This document shows, one piece after another, positions 27,592 to 34,845 of a stretch of DNA of 45,859 nucleotides (its first letter is position 1; the number at the start of each line of letters is the position of its first letter). The notes beneath the pieces were generated by a model. That model was not told where the DNA came from. It did no database searches and saw nothing but the letters and a program-made list of their open reading frames with translations. The translations under genes were made by a program, and so were the position numbers. Location of the stretch: positions 1 through 45,859 of the IMG/VR virus record IMGVR_UViG_3300049165_000082; one strand, given 5' to 3'. This stretch comes from a virus (lineage: Duplodnaviria > Caudoviricetes).

Positions 27592-27930
27592 TCACCCCTC
27601 CAGGAGGCCCAGCTCGCTGTCCGGCCGGCATGCTCCGCACGCCTTGACCCCGTCGGCGAGGGCCCGCAGTGCTTCGCCCCGCCGGATGCCCCGGGTGCGC
27701 TTGCCGCTGTTCCAGCAGTCGCCGACGTGCAGGTGCACGGGCGGCGCGTCCCTGTTGAGGCCGAGCTCGATCAGCCAGTCCGGCGCTGGCGGCCGGGCCT
27801 CGATGCCGCGCTGCCGCTCCGCCTCCCGCGTCTCGGCCGCCGCGATGGCCCGCCGCACCTCATCGAGGGTGAGCACGAGCCACGTCTCCAGGGTGCGGAG
27901 GCGGGGCAAGTCGGGCGGCAGATCGGTCAC
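27592..27930 (-). CDS. DUF6233-like protein
   Basis: LPPDLPRLRTLETWL...LHVGDCW...ACGACRPDSELG; TAGAAT -10 at 27938-43. Confidence 0.8.
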   Translation of the reverse strand: MTDLPPDLPRLRTLETWLVLTLDEVRRAIAAAETREAERQRGIEARPPAPDWLIELGLNRDAPPVHLHVGDCWNSGKRTRGIRRGEALRALADGVKACGACRPDSELGLLEG

Positions 27931-27954
27931 GCGTTCGATTCTATGATGGCGGGC

Positions 27955-28161
27955 GTGACCAGCAACCACAGCCCCGGCCGCTACCACCTCACCCTGACCC
28001 GCGACGGCCGCCCCGCCATGCACGGCTGGTGGGACCGCGAGACGGTGGCGCGCGACCGGTTGCGCGGCTGGATCGGAGACTGGGGCGGGCCGGGCGTCCG
28101 CATCACCCTCGTCGACGAGGACACCGGCGCGACGTTGACGACCTGGCCGGACGAGACGTGA
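27955..28161 (+). CDS. Hypothetical protein (leaderless)
   Basis: TATGAT 27942-47; RYHLTLTRDGRPAMHGWW...RITLVDEDTG..LTTWP. Confidence 0.7.
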   Translation: MTSNHSPGRYHLTLTRDGRPAMHGWWDRETVARDRLRGWIGDWGGPGVRITLVDEDTGATLTTWPDET

Positions 28162-28181
28162 CCGTCTGCCATCCTGGCGGT

Positions 28182-28367
28182 ATGGACTTCGAGCCCGGCG
28201 GCATCCTGAACCCAGGCGTGACGTACTACCGGAACACGCACCCGTGGAAGAGTGAAGTGATCGTGCCGTTGCGGCCGACACCGGAGCAGCTGGAGCAGGC
28301 GGAGGCGATCGTTACCTTCCAGAGGGAGATCGACCTGCTCGACACGTCCTTCCTGGACGAGCTGTGA
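28182..28367 (+). CDS. Small hypothetical protein
   Basis: MDFEPGGILNPG...; CATCCT 6 nt upstream. Confidence 0.5.
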   Translation: MDFEPGGILNPGVTYYRNTHPWKSEVIVPLRPTPEQLEQAEAIVTFQREIDLLDTSFLDEL

Positions 28368-28534
28368 CCCACCGCCCGTACCCGATCCCCGAGCGTGCCC
28401 TGCGGCAGATCATGCGCAGGCATCGCAACGAACTCCCGCCGCACCTGCTGCCCGACGCCCGGCCACTGCAGGGGCCCGTCGGCGAGTACCGCCTGTCGAC
28501 GCGACGCCTCAGCGTTGTCAGTGGTGGCGCGTAG
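28364..28534 (+). CDS. Small hypothetical protein (56 aa)
   Basis: GTGA overlap; MTHRPYPIPERALRQIMRR...; read manually. Confidence 0.5.
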   Translation: MTHRPYPIPERALRQIMRRHRNELPPHLLPDARPLQGPVGEYRLSTRRLSVVSGGA

Positions 28535-28537
28535 CCT
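28516..28537 (+). promoter_or_regulatory. RecA-NDp/PafBC-type DNA-damage promoter
   Basis: (T)TGTCAGTG-gtggcgcg-TAGCCT matches tTGTCRgtg-N8-TAnnnT. Confidence 0.75.
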
Positions 28538-28627
28538 GATCACATCATCCCGACGAGCAAGTCGGGTTTGCTCTGGCCCCGCCGCGGCGTGATGCACCGA
28601 GGCGGGGCCTGCTGCTAAGGAGGGGCC

Positions 28628-28822
28628 GTGATCCGTCGACTGCTTCGACGCCTGTTCCCTCACTACGCCACGGGCGGCGAGATCCCCGCCTACCACCCGC
28701 GGCCGGGCGAGCAGTGGGTGATGCTCAGCCCTGGCCGCCGGATTGACGACCCGGACGAGGCGGAAGCGCTGGGGATGACCGCGGCCGCGCGCCGCATGAG
28801 GCGTCGAGGAGGCCGACCGTGA
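28628..28822 (+). CDS. Small protein with tape-measure-like YATGG motif
   Basis: AAGGAGG RBS; YATGGEIPAYHPRPGEQWVMLSPG. Confidence 0.65.
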   Translation: MIRRLLRRLFPHYATGGEIPAYHPRPGEQWVMLSPGRRIDDPDEAEALGMTAAARRMRRRGGRP

Positions 28823-29202
28823 GTGTTGAGATCAGATTCGTGGGCGGCCCTGCTGATGGCCGCACCTATGCGATCCCGGACGAGGAGCCGCCGCCGCTGT
28901 ACCTGATTCCCGTCGCCCCTCCGGTCGGCGAACTGTTCGCCAGGTCGCTGGAGCCGTCACCAACACGGACGACGGAGTACGAGCTGATTTGGGAGGGCGG
29001 CTGGCCGCGCCGCGCAGATGGCGGCGCCTACCTGTACCGGCATCGGGCCGCACCGCTGACTGCTGAGGTTCGGGATGCCTTGGCGCGTGAGCGGGCGGAG
29101 GTGCGGGCTGCGGAGGAGCGGCGGACTGCCGAGCTGGACGAGGCGTGGCAGGAGATCCGGCGCGAACGCCCGCAGTATCCGGAGAGATGGCGCGACCTCT
29201 AG
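28819..29202 (+). CDS. Hypothetical protein
   Basis: GGAGG RBS, GTGA overlap; FVGGPADG motif. Confidence 0.65.
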   Translation: MSVEIRFVGGPADGRTYAIPDEEPPPLYLIPVAPPVGELFARSLEPSPTRTTEYELIWEGGWPRRADGGAYLYRHRAAPLTAEVRDALARERAEVRAAEERRTAELDEAWQEIRRERPQYPERWRDL

Positions 29203-29402
29203 CTCTCCGCCTCCGCGTGCCGCACGGCCTTCTTGAGTGCCATCTCCACCTCGTACCGCGACATCCCGACGGCTTCGGCGTGGGCGGTGATGGCGTCCTG
29301 GACGGCGTTGGCGGTGGCGACGGTGAGCCGCCCTGCCTGATGCTCCTCCCAGGCGGCGCGCTCCAGGGCTATCAGGGCGTCGGGGAACTCGATGTCGCTC
29401 AC
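29199..29402 (-). CDS. Small hypothetical protein (leaderless)
   Basis: TAGGAT 6 nt upstream of GTG; MSDIEFPDALIALERAA. Confidence 0.7.
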   Translation of the reverse strand: MSDIEFPDALIALERAAWEEHQAGRLTVATANAVQDAITAHAEAVGMSRYEVEMALKKAVRHAEAES

Positions 29403-29446
29403 GAGCGGATCCTATGTGGACGTGTTCACGGCGCCTCCCCGCCCCC

Positions 29447-29482
29447 TTGACTGTAGCGTGCGCTACATGCATCATTCGCTAC
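29447..29482 (+). promoter_or_regulatory. Promoter with operator palindrome
   Basis: TTGACT-N17-CATCAT; TGTAGCG-tg-CGCTACA palindrome plus an extra CGCTACA half-site at the start codon. Confidence 0.7.
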
Positions 29483-29662
29483 ATGAGCGATGATGAGCAG
29501 GCGGCGGCAGAGCGGGAGCTGGCCCGGTACCGGCACACAGTCGACGGCCGAGATGACATGGTCCGACGCGCCCGCTACGCCGGGGTCAGCAAGAACCGCA
29601 TCCACGTCCTGACCGGCATCGCCCGAACCACCATCGACCGCATCCTCAAAGAGGAAGACTGA
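29483..29662 (+). CDS. Small HTH DNA-binding protein
   Basis: RDDMVRRARYAGVSKNRIHVLTGIARTTIDRIL. Confidence 0.75.
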   Translation: MSDDEQAAAERELARYRHTVDGRDDMVRRARYAGVSKNRIHVLTGIARTTIDRILKEED

Positions 29663-29666
29663 ACTC

Positions 29667-30557
29667 ATGGGACGAGAGATCCGCCGCGTACCGCTCGACT
29701 TCGACTGGCCCCTGAACGAGGTCTGGGAGGGCTTCCTGATGCCCGACCGGCTTGACGGGGAGAAGTGCCCGGACTGCAAGAGCGGCTACTCGCCGCAGGC
29801 GCAGAACCTGTACGACCTCTGGTATGGCTACCTGCCGTTCGATCCGTCCAGCACCGGCTCGACGCCGTGGCGCCACGACAGCCCGCCCGTGCGTGCGTTC
29901 GCCGAGCGCAACGTGGGCAACTCGCCGGAGTTCTACGGCAGCGGTGAGGCCGCCATCGTCCGCGAGGGGCAGCGACTGGCGAATCTGTTCAACGAGCAGT
30001 GGTCTCACCACCTCTCTCAGGACGACGTCGACGCTCTCATCGCCGCAGACCGGCTGTGGGACTTCACCCGCACTCCGACCGGCGACGGTTGGCAGAAGAA
30101 GGATGAGCCGGTCACGCCGACCGCTGCCGAGGTGAACGCGTGGTCCATCGGCGGCTTCGGGCACGACGGGATCAACGCGAGCGTCGTAGTTCGTGCCCGC
30201 TGCGAGCGCGAGGGCATCAACTCGATCTGCTCAACCTGCAACGGTCACGCCACCGTCGAGAAGTACGAGGGCCAGCGCGCCGAGGCCGAGGCGTGGGAGC
30301 CGACCGAACCGCCCAAGGGTGACGGCTGGCAGCTCTGGGAGACCGTATCCGAGGGGTCCCCGGTAAGCCCCGTGTTCGCCACGGCCGACGAACTGGCCGG
30401 GTGGATGTCCGACCCGGAGCGCGGCGACCGCTGGGTGCCAATGGAGGCGGCCCGGAAGTTCATCGACGCGGGCTGGGCGCCCACCGGAGTCGTCACGCCT
30501 GGACGCGGCTACGCCTCCGGTGTCGAAGCGGTCGGCTGGAGCGGCGGCGAGGACTGA
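29667..30557 (+). CDS. Hypothetical protein with split CxxCxxG/CxxCxG zinc-finger motifs
   Basis: CPDCKSG ... CSTCNGH; GWQLWETVSEGSPVSPVF. Confidence 0.75.
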   Translation: MGREIRRVPLDFDWPLNEVWEGFLMPDRLDGEKCPDCKSGYSPQAQNLYDLWYGYLPFDPSSTGSTPWRHDSPPVRAFAERNVGNSPEFYGSGEAAIVREGQRLANLFNEQWSHHLSQDDVDALIAADRLWDFTRTPTGDGWQKKDEPVTPTAAEVNAWSIGGFGHDGINASVVVRARCEREGINSICSTCNGHATVEKYEGQRAEAEAWEPTEPPKGDGWQLWETVSEGSPVSPVFATADELAGWMSDPERGDRWVPMEAARKFIDAGWAPTGVVTPGRGYASGVEAVGWSGGED

Positions 30558-30570
30558 CAGGAACAGCACG

Positions 30571-30601
30571 GCGCCCCGCCTGAAGGAAGCAGGCGGGGCG
30601 C
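30571..30601. terminator. Bidirectional terminator
   Basis: gcgccccgcctg-aaggaag-caggcggggcgc. Confidence 0.75.
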
Positions 30602-30613
30602 TCGCATGTCAGC

Positions 30614-30784
30614 CTACGCGGCCTCGACGACGTCCCCGCGCTCCACCCGCCGCAGCTCCGCACACAGCCGCCCGTACTCCTCCCGCTGCTCCGCCGTCAA
30701 CGGCACCGCAGGATGCGACCACAGCGCGCGGATAGCCGCGTTCAGCTCGGCCGCAGACCGCGACGGCGGGGGAGAGGAGGGCAT
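30614..30784 (-). CDS. Small hypothetical protein (56 aa, leaderless)
   Basis: MPSSPPPSRSAAELNAAIRALWSHPAVPLTAEQREEYGRL...; read manually. Confidence 0.65.
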   Translation of the reverse strand: MPSSPPPSRSAAELNAAIRALWSHPAVPLTAEQREEYGRLCAELRRVERGDVVEAA

Positions 30785-30791
30785 GCCGATC

Positions 30792-30813
30792 AGGGTAGCC
30801 GCGAGGTCTGACA
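30792..30813 (-). promoter_or_regulatory. RecA-NDp/PafBC-type DNA-damage promoter
   Basis: Minus strand TGTCAG-acctcgcggc-TACCCT, 7 nt before ATG 30784. Confidence 0.7.
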
Positions 30814-30818
30814 GCGGG

Positions 30819-31064
30819 CTACGAGTTCGGCGGCTGCGGCAGTTCCGTGACGAACGTGCCCACGCCCGGGTGCATGGCCGCCAGGCCAGCCTCGCGCAGC
30901 TTCTGCAGCACCTTCCGCGCCGTCATCTGGCTGATGCCGAACTCGGCACACACGTCAACCACCGACGGTAGCCGTCCGCCCGGCGGGTAGGTGCCGCTCG
31001 CGATCCGCTCCTCCATCACGGCATACACCTGCTGCCACCTTGGGATATCCGGCTGCCACTCCAT
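30819..31064 (-). CDS. GntR-family winged-HTH regulator (DNA-binding domain only)
   Basis: RIASGTYPPGGRLPS...EFGISQMTARKVL..LREAGL...PGVGTFV; TAGCGT 7 nt upstream. Confidence 0.88.
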   Translation of the reverse strand: MEWQPDIPRWQQVYAVMEERIASGTYPPGGRLPSVVDVCAEFGISQMTARKVLQKLREAGLAAMHPGVGTFVTELPQPPNS

Positions 31065-31110
31065 GATCCGGACGCTAGGACCGCTCAACCCACCAGGCGA
31101 GACGAGTGCG

Positions 31111-31135
31111 CCTATCGGCCCTATCGCACCTATCG
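31111..31135. repeat. Three CCTATCG direct repeats (9-bp period), probable GntR operator
   Basis: At 31111, 31120 and 31129, between divergent -10 elements (TAGCGT, TACCGT). Confidence 0.7.
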
Positions 31136-31228
31136 GGCCAGTCGGAGCGGTACCGTGAAATTGCAGGACCCCCGCGACCGCTGGCCGGCGGCCCGGGGGC
31201 ATGGCCGACAGCTGCAAGGAGCGTCGAC

Positions 31229-31414
31229 ATGGACGAGGGTACGGACACCGGCCCCGACCGCCAGACCACACCCCCAGACGAGCCCTGCCCCTGCGGCAGC
31301 CGCGACCACAAGCCCCTACGCATCGGCGACCGGCTCTCACCCAGCGGCCACACCATAGGCCCCGTCCACGTCTGCCCCGCCGAATCCCCAGTCGGACTCC
31401 GAGGCGTGCTGTGA
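31229..31414 (+). CDS. Small Cys-containing protein
   Basis: AAGGAG RBS; CPCG...HVCP. Confidence 0.55.
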   Translation: MDEGTDTGPDRQTTPPDEPCPCGSRDHKPLRIGDRLSPSGHTIGPVHVCPAESPVGLRGVL

Positions 31415-31596
31415 ACGGGCCACGACGCGGGCAACACGCCGAGGCGCCCACCATCTGCGGGCCCTGCCAGATCGGCGAATGCGGCCACTGCGACGGCAAC
31501 ATCGACCTGCGCCCCGGGCCGGGGCCGGCCGTGCCGCTCACGAGGTGCGGGCACCGATGCAGCCGTGGGCGGATACGGCAGGGAAGGCGGACCTAA
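31411..31596 (+). CDS. Small Cys-rich protein
   Basis: GTGA overlap; ICGPCQIGECGHC...CGHRC. Confidence 0.55.
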   Translation: MNGPRRGQHAEAPTICGPCQIGECGHCDGNIDLRPGPGPAVPLTRCGHRCSRGRIRQGRRT

Positions 31597-31730
31597 GCGC
31601 AGGCCAGAGCATCAGCGAACAGCTACAAGTTCACACCCTGTGCACCCATTCTGATCATAGAAACCTGTAGCGAGCGCTTCCATTCAGGCGTCTTCCAGGG
31701 TTTCACTGATGACGCTCCACCCGGCATTAC

Positions 31731-31970
31731 TCACCCAAGGAGGTCACCGATGGGCACACCGATCGCCCGGGCGATACGCAGCAGCGTCTCCAGTGACGGG
31801 TTAGCCCGGCCGGCCTCCACCTCCTGGTAGAAGCTCCGCGTCATCGGCACCGCCAGGAACACGCGCTCCTGCGTGAGGTTCCGGTGCATGCGCACGACGC
31901 GGATCCGGTCGCCGATGCGGCGGCGTTCCTGCTGGAGCCATTCGTCGTCGTCGGGCAGATCTCGCGGCAC
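31731..31970 (-). CDS. XRE-family HTH regulator
   Basis: IGDRIRVVRMHRNLTQE...YQEVEAGRANPSLETLLRIARAIGV. Confidence 0.88.
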   Translation of the reverse strand: MPRDLPDDDEWLQQERRRIGDRIRVVRMHRNLTQERVFLAVPMTRSFYQEVEAGRANPSLETLLRIARAIGVPIGDLLG

Positions 31971-32132
31971 TCGACAAACCGTCGAGGCCCGGTGATCATT
32001 AGTCAGCCCGGTGACAGTGGGCCTTTCTGGATCTTCACTGGCGTCGGGAAGTGGCGCCTCACGTGAACAGCTCGCGCGCCAGCCCTGCGGCCAGATGGCA
32101 TATGCCGCAGGGCTCGATGTAGTGTTCATGAT

Positions 32133-32148
32133 TCGAACAGACGTTCAC
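32133..32148. promoter_or_regulatory. LexA (SOS) box-like site
   Basis: TCGAAC-AGAC-GTTCAC versus the actinobacterial consensus TCGAAC-N4-GTTCGA. Confidence 0.65.
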
Positions 32149-32255
32149 TGAATCGAGTGAACGGTGTGTGACCTGGGTGTTCCGCCGGGTAGAGCGGGCA
32201 CCTGCGCTATGCGCCCCCCACGCACACCCCACACCGGCCCTACCTAGGAGACGCG

Positions 32256-32495
32256 ATGGAGCGCCAGCAGATCCTCGACCTCTACGAGTGGGACGACGGC
32301 GTCTGCTTCCGCCACCCCAACCGGGGCATGATCCCCACCGCTTGCGTCAAGGTTCTCCACCCCCGTGGCGTCGGTCAGCACGAAGTACGCGCCTGCGGGG
32401 ACTGCGTCATCGGCATGGAAGACATAAGGCGTGAGGCCGCCGCCCGGGCGGGGAGCGAGTACGAGCCGGGGCACGTCGGCGAGTGCGAGGAGTAG
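32256..32495 (+). CDS. Small CxxH/CxxC zinc-binding protein
   Basis: AGGAG RBS; GVCFRHP...VRACGDCV. Confidence 0.7.
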   Translation: MERQQILDLYEWDDGVCFRHPNRGMIPTACVKVLHPRGVGQHEVRACGDCVIGMEDIRREAAARAGSEYEPGHVGECEE

Positions 32496-32534
32496 GGCGT
32501 TTCCGCAGCTCCGGCCCCCGTGGCGGGCGGGAAG

Positions 32535-32928
32535 CTGGGGAGAATCTGGGGAGTGGGCACCGCCGGGGAGCAACTGGGGAGCGCCAGAATCTCAAGTCAA
32601 AGGAACTCGCGGGAACTCAAAGGCAATGAAAGGCGGCAGGTCAGCGCGGCTAGGCGAGTTCCGCTTGGAGCTTGCCTGCGCAGACGACTCAAGCGCAGGC
32701 ATACGGAGAACATCTGGCTGCGGACCAAGCGGTACAACGCCTCCGGCAAGGTCGTCTCCGGCACCGGCGGCGTCTGCTACCTGTACTTCCCTGCACGCCT
32801 TTCCCCAGCTCAACGGCGCGCCCTAGCCTCTGTTGGGGTGAACTGACCGGGCATGAGAAAGCCCTCCCAGTGATGGGGAGGGCTTAACTCAGACCATGAT
32901 TCCCGGCGTCTGGGGAGAATCTGGGGAG
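32535..32928. other. attP region
   Basis: Identical arm-type repeats CTGGGGAGAATCTGGGGAG at 32535 and 32910, a variant at 32564, 10-bp-periodic GGAACTC repeats at 32602/32612; lies immediately 3' of the integrase. Confidence 0.75.
32859..32885. terminator. Terminator within attP
   Basis: aagccctccc-agtgatg-gggagggctt. Confidence 0.7.
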
Positions 32929-32933
32929 ATCCA

Positions 32934-34232
32934 CTACGAGGAACTCTCGAACCAGTTCTGCATCGCTGAGCGACCCCGGCCATCCGCCTCGGGCATCATG
33001 TGCGCGTAGATCCGGAGTGTGATCGACGGATCCGCGTGGCCCAGCCACTTCGAGACTGCCACGATGGGCTCCCGCGCGTCCAGCTGCACGCTGGCGAACG
33101 TGTGCCGCAGTGCGTGGAAACCGTTCTCTCGGCTCTCCTCATACGTCAGCACCGTCCGGGTCACACCCGGGCGGTGCCGGATGGGCTGCTTCGTCTCCAC
33201 CGGCGGCGGGATCACGCCTGCTGCGGCCAGGGCCGGCTTCCACACTCGGGTGTCGAACCCGTCGCGCCGGATCGCCCCACCGCGGGCAGCAGTAAGGATC
33301 AGCGCATGCGTCTGCGGCGCCCGCTCTTCCACCTCCCGGTCCGTCGTCGGCGGCCGGGGATCCTGCCACGGCAGTGTCACAGGCTGAGCCGGCCGCTGAT
33401 CCAGCGACTCCCGGATCCGCTTCAGCAGGTACTCGGGCACGGGCACCACCCGGGTCTTCTCACCCTTCGGGAGGGCGAACGCCAGCTTGGCGCCTACCTT
33501 CTTCACTTGCCGGCGCACCAGAATGCGCTGCCCTGTGAAGTCGATGTCGTCAACCGAAAGCCCGAATACCTCGCCCGATCTCAGTCCGGCGCCCACGCCC
33601 AGATCGACGCAGAGCTGGAACCGCTCGTCCATCGAGGCCTGTACAGCGAGGACGCGCTCCTTGGTCCACGCCCGCGCCTTGGCCGGTGGCCTGGCGGGCA
33701 CCCGCAGAGTGGTCTGCTTCCGGCAGGGGTTTCGGGTGAGCCGCTCGTCGTCGATGGCGGCCTGGAAGATGGCCGACAGGTAACGCCAGGCCTCATTCCC
33801 CGTCCCGGCTCCGGCGGTCGCCTTGAGGGCCTTCAGCCACTCACCAAGCTGCTTCGTCTTGATGCCGTTCAGCTGGTGGTGCCCCAGATGCGGAACGATG
33901 TGGGTCCACACACGGCCCCGCACGGTGGCCTCCGTGGAGGGGTTGTCGTAGTCCCGGCGGGGCCACCACTCCTGCTCGATGTAGTCCCGCAGCAGCATCT
34001 GGCCGCGACGCGGATCGACGAACTCACCGGCCGTCGACTCGTGCTGCGCCTTCGCCAACCAGGCTTTGGCGCCCTCAGGCCCTTCAAGCTTCTCGAACGA
34101 CCTGTCCTTGACCCCGGGGATGCCGGCGACCCGGTAGCGCTTCCCTTTGCCCCACCGCTCTGTTCTGCGCTTCTTGCCGGTCGCTGGATCCGGCTTCTTC
34201 GTCATCCAGCGGTCTTCGATGTACCCGGGCAA
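32934..34232 (-). CDS. int: Tyrosine integrase
   Basis: AGLRSGEVFGL, PKG, FHALRHTFAS, WLGH, TLRIYAH; N-terminal arm-binding region; TTG start. Confidence 0.95.
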   Translation of the reverse strand: MPGYIEDRWMTKKPDPATGKKRRTERWGKGKRYRVAGIPGVKDRSFEKLEGPEGAKAWLAKAQHESTAGEFVDPRRGQMLLRDYIEQEWWPRRDYDNPSTEATVRGRVWTHIVPHLGHHQLNGIKTKQLGEWLKALKATAGAGTGNEAWRYLSAIFQAAIDDERLTRNPCRKQTTLRVPARPPAKARAWTKERVLAVQASMDERFQLCVDLGVGAGLRSGEVFGLSVDDIDFTGQRILVRRQVKKVGAKLAFALPKGEKTRVVPVPEYLLKRIRESLDQRPAQPVTLPWQDPRPPTTDREVEERAPQTHALILTAARGGAIRRDGFDTRVWKPALAAAGVIPPPVETKQPIRHRPGVTRTVLTYEESRENGFHALRHTFASVQLDAREPIVAVSKWLGHADPSITLRIYAHMMPEADGRGRSAMQNWFESSS

Positions 34233-34248
34233 CGTAGCTCCCGTTCGT

Positions 34249-34692
34249 TCAGACCTTGCTCATCGGCCCCGGCGAAACGTCGTGGATCTCGCCACCGTAC
34301 AGCTGGAACCAGCGCCCTCCGGAGAGGTGCTCAGCGGTGAGCTTGTTCATGACGGCGGCGAAGCGGGTCACGTCGATGTCTGGGTCGACGAACGCCTTGA
34401 GATCTCCTTTGCGTTCCTCGAAGACCACCCCTTGATGCTCCTCCTTCTCCAGGATGAATTCGATTCGGAGGGGGTGTTTGGGGCTGTTGGAGGACACGAT
34501 CTCGTCGTCCCACAGCTGGAACCAGCGTGCGGACCGCACCATGCGGTCGACCTCTATGTTGAAGTCGCGGACGACGTCTCGCAGGGGTGCGTCTTCGTCG
34601 AAGCGGATCGCTACTCGTCCTCGGTCTTCGTCGACGTGGACCACGGTGCCGGGTGGTAGGTCGTTGACGGCCTCATAGGTGACGTGAAGCAT
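34249..34692 (-). CDS. Hypothetical protein made of two internal repeats
   Basis: Two ~70-aa halves ending RWFQLWDDEI and RWFQLYGGEI; GGAGG RBS. Confidence 0.75.
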   Translation of the reverse strand: MLHVTYEAVNDLPPGTVVHVDEDRGRVAIRFDEDAPLRDVVRDFNIEVDRMVRSARWFQLWDDEIVSSNSPKHPLRIEFILEKEEHQGVVFEERKGDLKAFVDPDIDVTRFAAVMNKLTAEHLSGGRWFQLYGGEIHDVSPGPMSKV

Positions 34693-34845
34693 GAGCCCTC
34701 CCCAGGGACGACGATGCACTCTGAGCCATAACGGCCGGAAGTGCACGGTTGGTGAAGGGTACGTCTACGGGGAGTGGTCAACAAGCGGTTGCAGAAATAT
34801 CTATTTATGGACAGTCCCGATCGGCTGCCGGAAGCGACTTGACCG

